Below are positions 53,574 to 63,010 of a stretch of 64,000 bases of DNA, one piece after another; the stretch's first letter is position 1, and the number at the start of each line of letters is the position of its first letter. The DNA is from Gammaproteobacteria bacterium. Its GTDB lineage: Bacteria; Pseudomonadota; Gammaproteobacteria; Eutrophobiales; Eutrophobiaceae. The stretch is taken from NCBI GenBank assembly GCA_965221455.1, contig OZ244890.1, positions 2,025,774 to 2,089,773 of the forward strand. Reading direction: 5' to 3'. Made by a program: the position numbers and the translations under genes. Under the pieces are notes generated by a model. The model was not told where the DNA came from, made no database searches, and worked only from the letters and a program-made list of their open reading frames with translations.

Positions 53574-54535
53574 ATGCAACATTTTTCAGCAAGATCGTTT
53601 CTGGTCGCGTTGGGTTGGTTTTTCACTGGCTTGGTGTTTGCGCAAAGCCCGGGCCTGACATACGATCCCACCGTCTTGACGGCGGAGGATAGGGAGTACA
53701 GCGACGTTCACCGTCCGGCTGAATACCCGGCCGACCCGCGCTGTGGTCCTTACGATAGAAGTTATTACGGGTGGTCTAGGCATGAATACGGATCTCGTTT
53801 TCCACGGCGGCAACTGGAACACGCCACAGACCCTAACGGTGGGTGCTGCGCAGGACAGTGATGCGAACTCCCGGACCGTGCCTCTGAGAGCCAGGCTGGT
53901 TAGTGGCGACTCGAATTATGATACGTGCGTGCGTGCCATAGATTTGGTAGAACTGACGGTGAATGATGACGAGACGGCGGGCGTGACTGTGAGTGATGCC
54001 ACGCTGACGCTCGGCGTCGGTCAGCCCGACAACACTGACCTTTACCGAGGACAACTGGAACAGTGCCCAGACGGTGACGGTGACAGGTGTCCAGGACGCT
54101 GATGAGAACGACGAGCGCGTGCAACTGAGTCATACCGTGACGAGTACGGACATCGCCTATCGTGCCGTGACGGCGACCGTGGTTGTGACGGTCACAGAGT
54201 TCAATCTTGATGTGGATGGCAGCGGCGGGACCGCGAATCAGAGTGACGGGCTGATGATTGGTCGCTACCTGTTTGGTATTCGTGATATGGCGGGCTTGCT
54301 TGACACTATCCCGGGGAGTCCCTCGTTTAGTGAGATCAGTGCGGATATTGCAAGGGGGTGGCCAGCGGTCGTCTTGATGTGGATGGCAGCGGCGGTGCTG
54401 CGAATCAGAGTGACGGGCTGATGATAGGCCGCTATCTGTTTGGTATTCGTGATACGGCGGGCTTGCTTGATACTATCCCGGGCAATCCATCGTTCAGTGC
54501 GGTCACGACGAATATCGGCGCACTTTTGCGGTAAT
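53574..54535 (+). pseudogene. Frameshifted remnant of a secreted repeat-protein gene (dockerin-like / DVDGSG Ca-binding-type repeats), GC-rich
   Basis: Signal-peptide-like start (MQHFSARSFLVALGWFFTGLVFAQSP). The coding sense continues through three different frames (ORFs 53574.., 53743.., 54074..). Repeated 'NWNTPQTLTV...D(S/A)D' modules; two copies of LDVDGSGG(T/A)ANQSDGLMIGRYLFGIRD(M/T)AGLLDTIPG. Confidence 0.5.
54206..54535 (+). repeat. Tandem direct repeat, 2 x ~167 bp (~90% identical); the period is not a multiple of 3
   Basis: cttgatgtggatggcagcggcgg...ggtattcgtgata(t/c)ggcgggcttgcttga(c/t)actatcccgg starts at 54206 and again at 54373. Confidence 0.8.
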
Positions 54536-54954
54536 CAGGTAAATAGTCGGAACTTGTTTTTCGTGGGGGGGTAGCTTGTCCTATTTCTGTAACCGTGACT
54601 GTCACGGATGACGAGACGGTCCGCCTGTTGCGACCACTATCTCGGCATGAAGGCGACTTTGACTTCAAGGCGCTTGCAGGTGCGACGGAAGCAAGCGAAT
54701 ACGAGCTGGAAATGGAGAGCGTTACTCAGTACCCTGGTTGGGAAGTCAGCGGTGTTGGTGACGGCGAAGCTGAGACCACCTGAGACGCCAAGGTACGTTT
54801 TGTTCTAATTACTAAACTTCTTCTAATAACAATCTTGTCTTTCGAGTCGATTAAAGACAGTCTTTCCGACTCATACTTGATACCGTGATTATATTGTGCC
54901 CAATGTATCGTGGTATGACTGTACTTGAAATATGGATGCCGAATAAGATGGTCG

Positions 54955-56247
54955 CTAGATCAGTTCGCATAGCACGCTCTCGCCATTAATATTTACGGCG
55001 TTTATTTTTGCCTTGTGAATTTTATTCGTGAGAACAGTATCGGATGCAACTTCAATTTGTGTTCGGATAAAATTGGGAGTGTAGCCGGAATATTTCATGA
55101 TATTTTTTTTATCTGTCGGCGCACTACCTTCCCATAAAACCGGAAACTGCCTGTGGATATGTTTTTCCAGCCAGGATTTTTTCATTTTCGCTGCTAATTG
55201 ATGAAGTTGAATGCTACGGCTTTTCTTTACATCGGTGCTAATCTGGTTAGGAAGCTCCGCAGCCTTTGTGCCTTCGCGTGCTGAATAACTGAAAATATGG
55301 ATATGAGAAAATTTTATGTCACTGATGAAGTCGACACTTTCCCGCCATTCTTCTTTTGTTTCGCCCGGGAATCCCACGATAATATCCGTGGTAATGTTGA
55401 AGTCGGGGACTTCACTCCGCGCAATATCTATTAAGCGTTTAAAATCAAGTGTCTTACAGCGACGTGACATTTTTTTTAAAATACTGTCACTGCCACTTTG
55501 CAAAGGTAGATGCATGTGCGGCATTAATCTTGAATTCGAGAATAATGCAAAGAATTTGTCAGGTAGTTCCCATGGTTCCACTGAAGCCAGCCTGAGTCTT
55601 GGCAAGTCGGTTTCATCCAGTATTGCGCTTATCAAATCATATAAGTCACAATTGATATCACTGCCGTAGCCACCGACGTGAACGCCGGTCAATACTGCTT
55701 CATGAATTCCCTGTTTGGCTAGATGATTAATTTCGGAAAGTATATCGCTAATCGCTCGACTACGTTCACCGCCCCGTGCAACAGTCACAATGCAATAGGT
55801 GCAGCGATATCTGCAGCCATCCTGTATTTTTATAAATGCTCGTTGACGCCCACGTTCAAATAATGATGTTTTGCCCGGGGTTGTAGCTTCAGAGGGCATG
55901 GCAAACATGTTTAATTCCTGTATTGCAACTTCAACCAGGTTTTCTTTATTTTCATTTGGAATCACTAAATCAATGCCTTCAATTTCATCCAGGATTTTTT
56001 TATTCAGACTGCTATAGCAGCCACTGACGACAAGCTTTGCGGTAGGGTTATTGCGGTGTGCACGCCGAATTAGCTGTCGTGATTTGCGTACAGCATCCTG
56101 TGTTACAGCACAGGTGTTGATAATCATAACGTCTGCCTGCTCCGGCGTTTGTGTGATGGTATAGCCTTTTGACATAAACCCTTTGGCCCAACTCTCGAGT
56201 TCGGCTTCGTTTAGTCTGCATCCCAGTGTTTTAAAATGTACTTGCAA
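54955..56247 (-). CDS. mtaB: Radical-SAM methylthiotransferase of the MiaB/RimO family, MtaB-like (UPF0004 + radical SAM CxxxCxxC + TRAM)
   Basis: N-terminus FKTLGCRLNEAELE and INTCAVT resemble MtaB; radical-SAM CRYRCTYC; C-terminal TRAM domain. Confidence 0.75.
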   Translation of the reverse strand: MQVHFKTLGCRLNEAELESWAKGFMSKGYTITQTPEQADVMIINTCAVTQDAVRKSRQLIRRAHRNNPTAKLVVSGCYSSLNKKILDEIEGIDLVIPNENKENLVEVAIQELNMFAMPSEATTPGKTSLFERGRQRAFIKIQDGCRYRCTYCIVTVARGGERSRAISDILSEINHLAKQGIHEAVLTGVHVGGYGSDINCDLYDLISAILDETDLPRLRLASVEPWELPDKFFALFSNSRLMPHMHLPLQSGSDSILKKMSRRCKTLDFKRLIDIARSEVPDFNITTDIIVGFPGETKEEWRESVDFISDIKFSHIHIFSYSAREGTKAAELPNQISTDVKKSRSIQLHQLAAKMKKSWLEKHIHRQFPVLWEGSAPTDKKNIMKYSGYTPNFIRTQIEVASDTVLTNKIHKAKINAVNINGESVLCELI

Positions 56248-56250
56248 AGA

Positions 56251-57198
56251 TCACAATCCATAACAGTGTAAAGTGGAAAGATGCTTTTCAATGCACAGAG
56301 GTAATACGTCGAGATTATAACCGCCTTCAAGCACAGAGATAATTCGTTTTCCGGAATACTGTTCGGCTTTTTCCATTATACGTTCGGTCATCCATGTATA
56401 AAATTCCGTGTTCAGATTGATTTGTCCCAGAGGATCATCCATGTGTGCATCAAAACCCGCCGAGATAATAACGGCTTCCGGTTTAAATTCATCTATCTTC
56501 GGTAATATTTTATCTTTGAAGGCTAACATATAGTCAGTGTCGTTTGCACCTGCCGGCATGGGACAATTCAGTGTTGTACCCACACCTTTATGCAAGCCTG
56601 TTTCGTCATATGCACCTGTGCCCGGATAGAAGGGATATTGATGAGTGCTGATATAAAGCACAGAAGGATCCGCCTCGAAAGTATGTTGCGTACCATTACC
56701 ATGATGTACATCCCAATCCAGGATGAGTATTTTATCCAGTTGGTACTGTTGCTGTAGATACCTGGCGAGTATGGCAACATTATTAAAGAGACAAAAGCCG
56801 AGGGCTTGATCCTGTTCGGCATGATGACCTGGAGGTCTAATCAGTGCGAAGCCGTTATTAATTTCTCCATTGATAATTCTATCGCTTACTTCCAGCACTG
56901 CGCCTGTGGCTGATAGCGCGATTTCATAAGATTTTTGGCAAATGCCTACATCCACTGAATCGAGAAAATTTTCGCCTGAAGCACAAGTCGCTTGTACACG
57001 TTTTATATAATCATAATGATGAACTGATTCTATCCATTTGGGATCTGCGGGTTTCGGTGCAAGATGCACTAATGAATCAAACCAGGATTTTTGTTTGAGA
57101 TGTTGTATTGATACTTGCAGACGTTCTCCACACTCAGGATGACCCTGACCGGTTTTATGTTCCAGAAATACAGGGTCGTGGAGTAAACCGGTCGCCAT
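56251..57198 (-). CDS. Histone deacetylase-family protein (AcuC/acetylpolyamine amidohydrolase-like)
   Basis: HDAC motifs GFCLFNNVA, DWDVHHGNGTQ, ISAGFDAH, EGGY. Confidence 0.85.
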   Translation of the reverse strand: MATGLLHDPVFLEHKTGQGHPECGERLQVSIQHLKQKSWFDSLVHLAPKPADPKWIESVHHYDYIKRVQATCASGENFLDSVDVGICQKSYEIALSATGAVLEVSDRIINGEINNGFALIRPPGHHAEQDQALGFCLFNNVAILARYLQQQYQLDKILILDWDVHHGNGTQHTFEADPSVLYISTHQYPFYPGTGAYDETGLHKGVGTTLNCPMPAGANDTDYMLAFKDKILPKIDEFKPEAVIISAGFDAHMDDPLGQINLNTEFYTWMTERIMEKAEQYSGKRIISVLEGGYNLDVLPLCIEKHLSTLHCYGL

Positions 57199-57371
57199 TT
57201 CAAAAACTACTTAACGGTGATTAAGTTTGAGTGAAACAGGCTATATCCAGATGAGAATATTTTATCAATATTATTTAATCCTTTCTTCACAATAACGAAG
57301 AAATGTTCAGTCACCGATTGTTAACGAAACAAGCGATTAAAAGGAGTGGTTTATTACAGTGGACGAAGATA

Positions 57372-59513
57372 TTACATATTGTTGATGACATCTTTCTGAT
57401 TTCTTGATTTCAGGGTTTGCAGTGCAGTGTTGCCTGAATCAGGTGTGACTATCAGATCATGGAGGATACGAGCGGTTTCCTGCAACAGGATATCATGCGG
57501 TTTATCTTCGTCGTCATCTTCACCGAATTCGTCAACCTCCAGGGTATCATCTCTTGCCGGTAGTGGCTCAAGTCCCTGAACGATTCTTAATTCATTTTCA
57601 AACTCATGCTTCATATCAAGCACTTTGGCACGTTCAGCTTTACGCTTGCTTTCCTTAAGGGTTGTTATTTTAGTATCGCTTTGTCTAATAAATTCCAGTT
57701 GATCAAGGAATATTTTGAAGGCCTTGTTGGATTTCATTCGATCTTCGTGCAGAGACTGAACTCTTGTATAGTGTTTAACCGGAGCACTTGCCTTAATATA
57801 TCGTACTGGCTCGATTTTATCCCAGGGCAAGGCGTTCTCCAGAGAGCGTTCACCGTGATTTTTTATATCTATGGCTGTTGGAAAGATAATATCAGGGATA
57901 ACGCCTTTGTTCTGGTTGCTACTGCCGCTCACGCGGAAAAACTGTGCAACTGTTGTTTTAAGTTTTCCATGTTCAACTTCCGGATTTTCGATATAATGAT
58001 TCAGATCGAGGATATTCTGTACCGTCCCCTTACCATATGTGGGTTCGCCGATAACAATGCCACGTCGGTAATCCTGAATGGCACCTGAAAAAATTTCAGA
58101 AGCGGAGGCGCTGTTTCTGTCAACGAGTACGGCTAAAGGTCCTGCATAAAAAATAGAAGGATCGGGATCGTTGTTAACTTTTATTTTTCCCAATGAATCT
58201 TTCGTCTGCACGACCGGACCTTCTGTGATAAATAAGCCTGTAAGTGCCAGTGCTTCAGATAGCGAACCTCCGCCGTTTGCACGCAGATCGATAATCATGC
58301 CCTCAATATCCTGTTTCTCCAGATCAGTAATTAATTTGCGAACATCCCTACTGGTGCTTCTAAAATCAGAATCGCCTCTGGCCTGAGCTTCGAAATCCAC
58401 ATAGAAAGTGGGAATGTCTATGACACCTATTTTCTTATCCAACTCGGGTAAATCTATAATGGTGGATTTTGATGCTGATTCTTCAAGTTTGATCTTGTTT
58501 CTGGTCAAGGTAATAACTTTACTAAAATCTTCGCTGCCGGATTTTCCGGGAATTATCTCCAGTCGAAGTACGGTATCTTTAGGCCCTCGAATCAGTTCCA
58601 CAACATCATCAAGTCGCCAACCAATCACATCCAGGATTTCACTGGTCGTGCCTTGACCAACACCGATAATTTTATCTTTTGCGTGTAATTTTTTGCTTAG
58701 ATCGGCAGGGCCGCCTGGAACAATTTTCTGGATGAGTGTGTAATCATTCTCATTTTTCAGAACTGCACCGATGCCTTCAAGGGAAAGTCGCATGCTGATA
58801 TCAAAATTTTCAGAGGTTCTCGGTGAAAAGTAAGAAGTATGTGGCTCAATTGTTTTGGTATAGGCATTCATAAAGGTTTGAAAGACATCATTCGCATCCA
58901 GTTGGAAGGTGCTGGTATGAATTCGTTTATATCGCTTCCTCAATATGTCTTTTATTTCAGTCTTTTCTTTGTCTGTTAACAATAGATTAAGCATGTCATT
59001 CTTTACACGTTTACGCCAAAAAGCGTTTAATTCTGCAACATTGTCAGCCCAGTCAAGCTCGCCACGATCAAACAGATAGTCTTCATCAATTTCAAAATCC
59101 ATTTCTTTGTTTAACTCGGACACTGCATGGTCGGTGCGTTCCCTGATTCTTTCCCTGTAGGTTTTAAAAATATCGAAAGCGGGTTCCAGATTGGCCTCTT
59201 TCAAGGCATCATCAAGTCTGAATCTGTATTTTGAAAACTTTTGTATATCTTCATCCAGAAAGAAACTGCGGTTTGGATCCAGACTCTTCAAATAGGCATC
59301 AAGCATGGATGATGATAATGTATCGTCGAGAGTTTTATTTTTGTAGTGATAACTATCAATAATATGAGGAATCACTCGCATCGCAATTATATGCTGTTTG
59401 GCAGGAACCAGCTCTGATTCAGGCAGCAGGGCAGTGTTGGAATAAGCATTCGTCAGGATAACGGTCAGACAAAAGACCAAACCAAACTTGGTAAATTGCA
59501 GACGTTTCCTCAT
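57372..59513 (-). CDS. prc: Tail-specific (C-terminal processing) protease Prc, S41 family
   Basis: Long N-terminal domain + PDZ + S41 catalytic region (GPLAVLVDRNSASASEIF). Start probably at the internal Met MRKRLQF (signal peptide) rather than 59573. Confidence 0.85.
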   Translation of the reverse strand: MRKRLQFTKFGLVFCLTVILTNAYSNTALLPESELVPAKQHIIAMRVIPHIIDSYHYKNKTLDDTLSSSMLDAYLKSLDPNRSFFLDEDIQKFSKYRFRLDDALKEANLEPAFDIFKTYRERIRERTDHAVSELNKEMDFEIDEDYLFDRGELDWADNVAELNAFWRKRVKNDMLNLLLTDKEKTEIKDILRKRYKRIHTSTFQLDANDVFQTFMNAYTKTIEPHTSYFSPRTSENFDISMRLSLEGIGAVLKNENDYTLIQKIVPGGPADLSKKLHAKDKIIGVGQGTTSEILDVIGWRLDDVVELIRGPKDTVLRLEIIPGKSGSEDFSKVITLTRNKIKLEESASKSTIIDLPELDKKIGVIDIPTFYVDFEAQARGDSDFRSTSRDVRKLITDLEKQDIEGMIIDLRANGGGSLSEALALTGLFITEGPVVQTKDSLGKIKVNNDPDPSIFYAGPLAVLVDRNSASASEIFSGAIQDYRRGIVIGEPTYGKGTVQNILDLNHYIENPEVEHGKLKTTVAQFFRVSGSSNQNKGVIPDIIFPTAIDIKNHGERSLENALPWDKIEPVRYIKASAPVKHYTRVQSLHEDRMKSNKAFKIFLDQLEFIRQSDTKITTLKESKRKAERAKVLDMKHEFENELRIVQGLEPLPARDDTLEVDEFGEDDDEDKPHDILLQETARILHDLIVTPDSGNTALQTLKSRNQKDVINNM

Positions 59514-59646
59514 AAATACACACATAAAAGCGACAATTTGATAAATCAGTTTCGTTAGTTGTAAACGATCCATTGTACCTCATTTTACCATCTTCCGGTT
59601 ACTTTCGCGGGGGGTGTTCATTGAAATTGAACATTAGAATTAATTC

Positions 59647-60105
59647 TCAGGGGATTTCCAGGGGATCTGTATTTTTGTCCGTTAAATCCTTCAATCGGAG
59701 ACTAATTTCCTCGGCTTTTTCATCGCCACCCCCAAGAAATCCTGGAGCTTCTTTGTAATATTTCATAAGATCTTCAAGTGCCTTGATATTTTCCGGATCC
59801 AGTTCAACTGCAAGTTCAAGATACTCCATTGAGTCTTCAGCCAGTCGCATTGCTTCAAACCAACTGGATTTTTCTGCAAGTTCACCATAAGACTTGGCCA
59901 GCCAGTGGTGATAGCGTGAAGTATTCGGTGATTTACTAATGGCTTTGGTAAATTCTTCGATTGCCGCATTAATTTCATCATTCTCATGGAAAATTTGTCC
60001 CTGCCTGAAATTATCTTCGGCTTGAGTCGAATCTTCGGCATTGGTAAACCCATTGAACATAGCCAATGAGATAAACAGAGTGAAGACCGGTTTTTTTAAC
60101 TGCAT
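59647..60105 (-). CDS. Secreted TPR-repeat protein
   Basis: Signal peptide MQLKKPVFTLFISLAMFNGFTNA followed by TPR-like helical repeats. Confidence 0.55.
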   Translation of the reverse strand: MQLKKPVFTLFISLAMFNGFTNAEDSTQAEDNFRQGQIFHENDEINAAIEEFTKAISKSPNTSRYHHWLAKSYGELAEKSSWFEAMRLAEDSMEYLELAVELDPENIKALEDLMKYYKEAPGFLGGGDEKAEEISLRLKDLTDKNTDPLEIP

Positions 60106-60356
60106 GTTAAGGGATCCAACAGATGCATTGTGAATCAAATCAATCGTGTTCGACATGAATCATTGTAGAGTGGTAACGATCTTGAGTTTAAATTTTATTT
60201 GTCTATTTCCGGTTGAAGATTGCAGAGACACGTCAGGGAACGACTCTCCCTTAAAGTGGGTCGCATGAATGATTTAAATGATTTAAATGATTTAGAGGCT
60301 CTCTGATTAAATCCGGTGAAGTGGCGTGTGTTCAATGGGTATTAAATAACTATTTT

Positions 60357-61040
60357 TTACTTAATTGAGATTAATTCAATATCAAATATCAGGACAGAAT
60401 TTGAACCGATAATTTTCCCTTGAGATTTTTGCCCGTAAGCCAGTTCCGAGGGGATAAAGACTTGCCATTTTGACCCTGTTTTCATCATTGTTACGGCTTC
60501 TTGCCAACCTTTGATGACTTGTGCCAGTGATAGTGTTACCGGTTCACCACGATCATATGAACTGTCAAAAACCGTCCCGTCAATTAACCTTCCCTCGTAA
60601 TGGATTGTTACAGAGTCTTGTACCGCAGGTTTTTCACCATCACCTTCTTCAATGATTCTATACTGTAACCCGGTGGGTGATTCGATGACACCTTCCTTCT
60701 TTTTATTTTTGGCGAGGAAAGTTTCTCCCGCTTTTTTATTTTTTTCCATAGTATCTTTCCGATTTTCGGTGTATTCCTCCCTGTATTTTTCGACGATATT
60801 CTGCATTTCTTCCATACTAATTTCCGGTTCGCTCCGTGTTAGCACGTCTTCAACAGCCTGGATAAACGCAGGCACATCCAGTTCAATATGTGCCACGCTC
60901 AGGGCGAAGAACGTTCCCATGGCGTAACTCAGTTTTTGTTTTTTGGTTTCGAGTTCTGTGGCTGCAAATACCGAAAAACTGGTCAATGTAAAAATTAAAA
61001 CTGTAAAACAACGTTTTCCAGGAATGTTCTTTTTGTCCAT
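60357..61040 (-). CDS. fkpA: FKBP-type peptidyl-prolyl cis-trans isomerase FkpA (periplasmic)
   Basis: Signal peptide, dimerisation helix, C-terminal FKBP domain (GLQYRIIEEGDG...VTIHYEGRLIDGTVFDSS...GWQEA). Confidence 0.85.
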   Translation of the reverse strand: MDKKNIPGKRCFTVLIFTLTSFSVFAATELETKKQKLSYAMGTFFALSVAHIELDVPAFIQAVEDVLTRSEPEISMEEMQNIVEKYREEYTENRKDTMEKNKKAGETFLAKNKKKEGVIESPTGLQYRIIEEGDGEKPAVQDSVTIHYEGRLIDGTVFDSSYDRGEPVTLSLAQVIKGWQEAVTMMKTGSKWQVFIPSELAYGQKSQGKIIGSNSVLIFDIELISIK

Positions 61041-61145
61041 GCTTCAACCTGTCTCCGAATACAACGAGTATATCTACTTGTGCTGCAAGGTTCGCGATCA
61101 TCCCATAATCGGTATTTATATCCAGTAATCTTATGCCGGATAAGT

Positions 61146-61814
61146 TTACAGGGCACCGCTATCTCGCAATACGTTTGCCAGCGTTAAAGCTATTTTTCTA
61201 TAACCATCCTGATTGGGATGAATTGGATCTGACTTCATTGAAGTGTCCGATAATATTTCCGTCATGAGGTTCGGAATATAGGTAATATCTGTATTTCCCG
61301 CGATATTACTATAGAGTTCAGCATCGCTGAGGAATACACCAGGTTTTGGCACGGCAAGAAGTATTACCGGAATATTCCTGTTCATCGCCAGGGCAATCAT
61401 TTGTCGAATATTTTTTTCCGCCTCAGCAAGATTTTTTTTCCGCAATAAATCGTTGCCGGCATGACAAAGAATCAATAAATCAGGCCGGTGTTTCTCAAGT
61501 AATTGAGGCAAACGTTTAAGTCCATTTATGGATAGTTCGCCCGGTATCCCTGCATTGATAACCTTGCGATTGATAGATTGTTCCAGAATGGCGGGATAAC
61601 TTTCATTTTTATTCGCTCCCGTCCCATGGGTAAGACTATCTCCAAAAGCGAGAATGATCGCATCATCAGGGAGCCGCTTGATTTGTTTTGTGGAATCGCC
61701 GCAGGCAGTTAAAGCTACCAGTATCGTTATACTGGCGAATAGCAGCGTCCAGTAAATAATTGTCTGGATCGGATTCTGGTCTACGCCAGAATGACAATGA
61801 AATGAATCTTGCAT
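61146..61814 (-). CDS. SGNH/GDSL-family arylesterase (TesA-like), probable lipoprotein
   Basis: GDSLT block I (ILAFGDSLTHG), GxND block III (CHAGNDLL), DxxH block V (DPIHPNQDG). Lipobox LVALTAC. Start uncertain. Confidence 0.7.
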   Translation of the reverse strand: MQDSFHCHSGVDQNPIQTIIYWTLLFASITILVALTACGDSTKQIKRLPDDAIILAFGDSLTHGTGANKNESYPAILEQSINRKVINAGIPGELSINGLKRLPQLLEKHRPDLLILCHAGNDLLRKKNLAEAEKNIRQMIALAMNRNIPVILLAVPKPGVFLSDAELYSNIAGNTDITYIPNLMTEILSDTSMKSDPIHPNQDGYRKIALTLANVLRDSGAL

Positions 61815-61919
61815 TTCGCTGGAGCTTACATGCTGGCTTTCGGAGGAGACGAGCGTATCACTGGATGACAACAGTTGCCAGCGTATCACGGCACCGCAGC
61901 ATAGATATCCCTGCATCAT

Positions 61920-62080
61920 GCAGCAGCGGCGTAAATAATGTCCGACGTGCCTGCGCCATCTCCAGTATGGTAAACTATCGACATATCGCCATCGTGGAGA
62001 ATGTCATGACATCAGGGCACAGCGTCAACGGGCTGGCAAAGATTATCAAACAGGCCGGTGTGGAGAAAGTTGACATATGA
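61920..62080 (+). pseudogene. Possible C-terminal remnant of a ComF/GntX-type phosphoribosyltransferase gene
   Basis: Final ~35 codons read HIAIVENVMTSGHSVNGLAKIIKQAGVEKVDI*, resembling the type-I PRTase PRPP-binding loop (VLLVDDVxTTGATL...AGA). The upstream part of the ORF overlaps the esterase gene on the other strand and is not PRTase-like. Confidence 0.3.
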
Positions 62081-62147
62081 GTAATGACGCACGGCGGCTG
62101 CGGCTCAGAACGGATACATTGTTACTTGCTGCCAGAGTGAAATATTC

Positions 62148-62942
62148 ATGAATACCAGGCAAAACGCCAGGGTTGCCCTGCTCATTGATGCCGAAAATGT
62201 CCCCGATAAATACGCCGACACCCTGTTTGAGAAAGCCGCCTCTTATGGTGACATCATCGTGCGCAGGGCATATAGCACTAGCTCATCCAACCGAACCAAC
62301 CCTGACCGCTACGGCTGGAAACAGGATATTCTTTTGAAATATGCCATTCAGCCGGTCGTTAATATCGCGCACAAGGCGGGAAAAAATGTCGATGATATCG
62401 CTATGGTTATTGATGCGATAGAACTGACATTACACAAAAGCGTTGATGCGATCTGCATTGCCAGCAGTGATAGTGATTTCTCACTACTGGCAATGAAACT
62501 GCGTGAAAACGGTATGCGGGTATATGGTTTTGGCGAGGCAAAGGCACTGCAATCATTTGTTGTCTCATGTGATGAGTTTTTTCGATTCCCTGTGGATACA
62601 GACGAGAGCGCGCAAACCACGTCCGATGCAGCTGGCAAACAAACAGCTTCCCCTGATACAAACGGCAAACAGCAGCAAGCCCATCTGCTCACGATGCTGC
62701 GCAAGGCCTGCGATGAATTACCAAGCGACGATGAGGGCTGGTTTCATCTTGGAGGAGTTGGTTCATACCTGAAAAGAATAGATCCGGCATTTTCGGTACA
62801 AAACTACGGTTTTGGCAGCCTCAGTGATTTAGTAGGCAGTGCCGAGGGGTTTGCGGTACGGATAAAAGGCAACCAAAACCAAATATGCCCAAAAGAGCAG
62901 GCGAAAAAAAAGCGGACGAAAAAAAAGCAGGCGAAAAAATAG
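62148..62942 (+). CDS. NYN-domain (PIN-like, LabA/DUF88) protein with C-terminal OST-HTH/LOTUS domain and Lys-rich tail
   Basis: VALLIDAENV and ASSDSDF NYN acidic motifs. The C-terminal ~70 aa are LOTUS-like (LLTMLRKACDEL...GWFHLGGVGSYLKR...FGSLSDLV). Confidence 0.75.
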   Translation: MNTRQNARVALLIDAENVPDKYADTLFEKAASYGDIIVRRAYSTSSSNRTNPDRYGWKQDILLKYAIQPVVNIAHKAGKNVDDIAMVIDAIELTLHKSVDAICIASSDSDFSLLAMKLRENGMRVYGFGEAKALQSFVVSCDEFFRFPVDTDESAQTTSDAAGKQTASPDTNGKQQQAHLLTMLRKACDELPSDDEGWFHLGGVGSYLKRIDPAFSVQNYGFGSLSDLVGSAEGFAVRIKGNQNQICPKEQAKKKRTKKKQAKK

Positions 62943-63010
62943 AGTATCCCTACTGTCATGAACCATTTGCGAGTCCCATGCAATCACTATCTGTGCAGAA
63001 AGAAAGTAAA

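Noticed and set aside
60268-60296. Short tandem repeat aatgatttaa x3 in the fkpA/TPR intergenic region
   Set aside because: It is too short and AT-simple to be a CRISPR or other meaningful array. It is likely slippage-prone low-complexity DNA.
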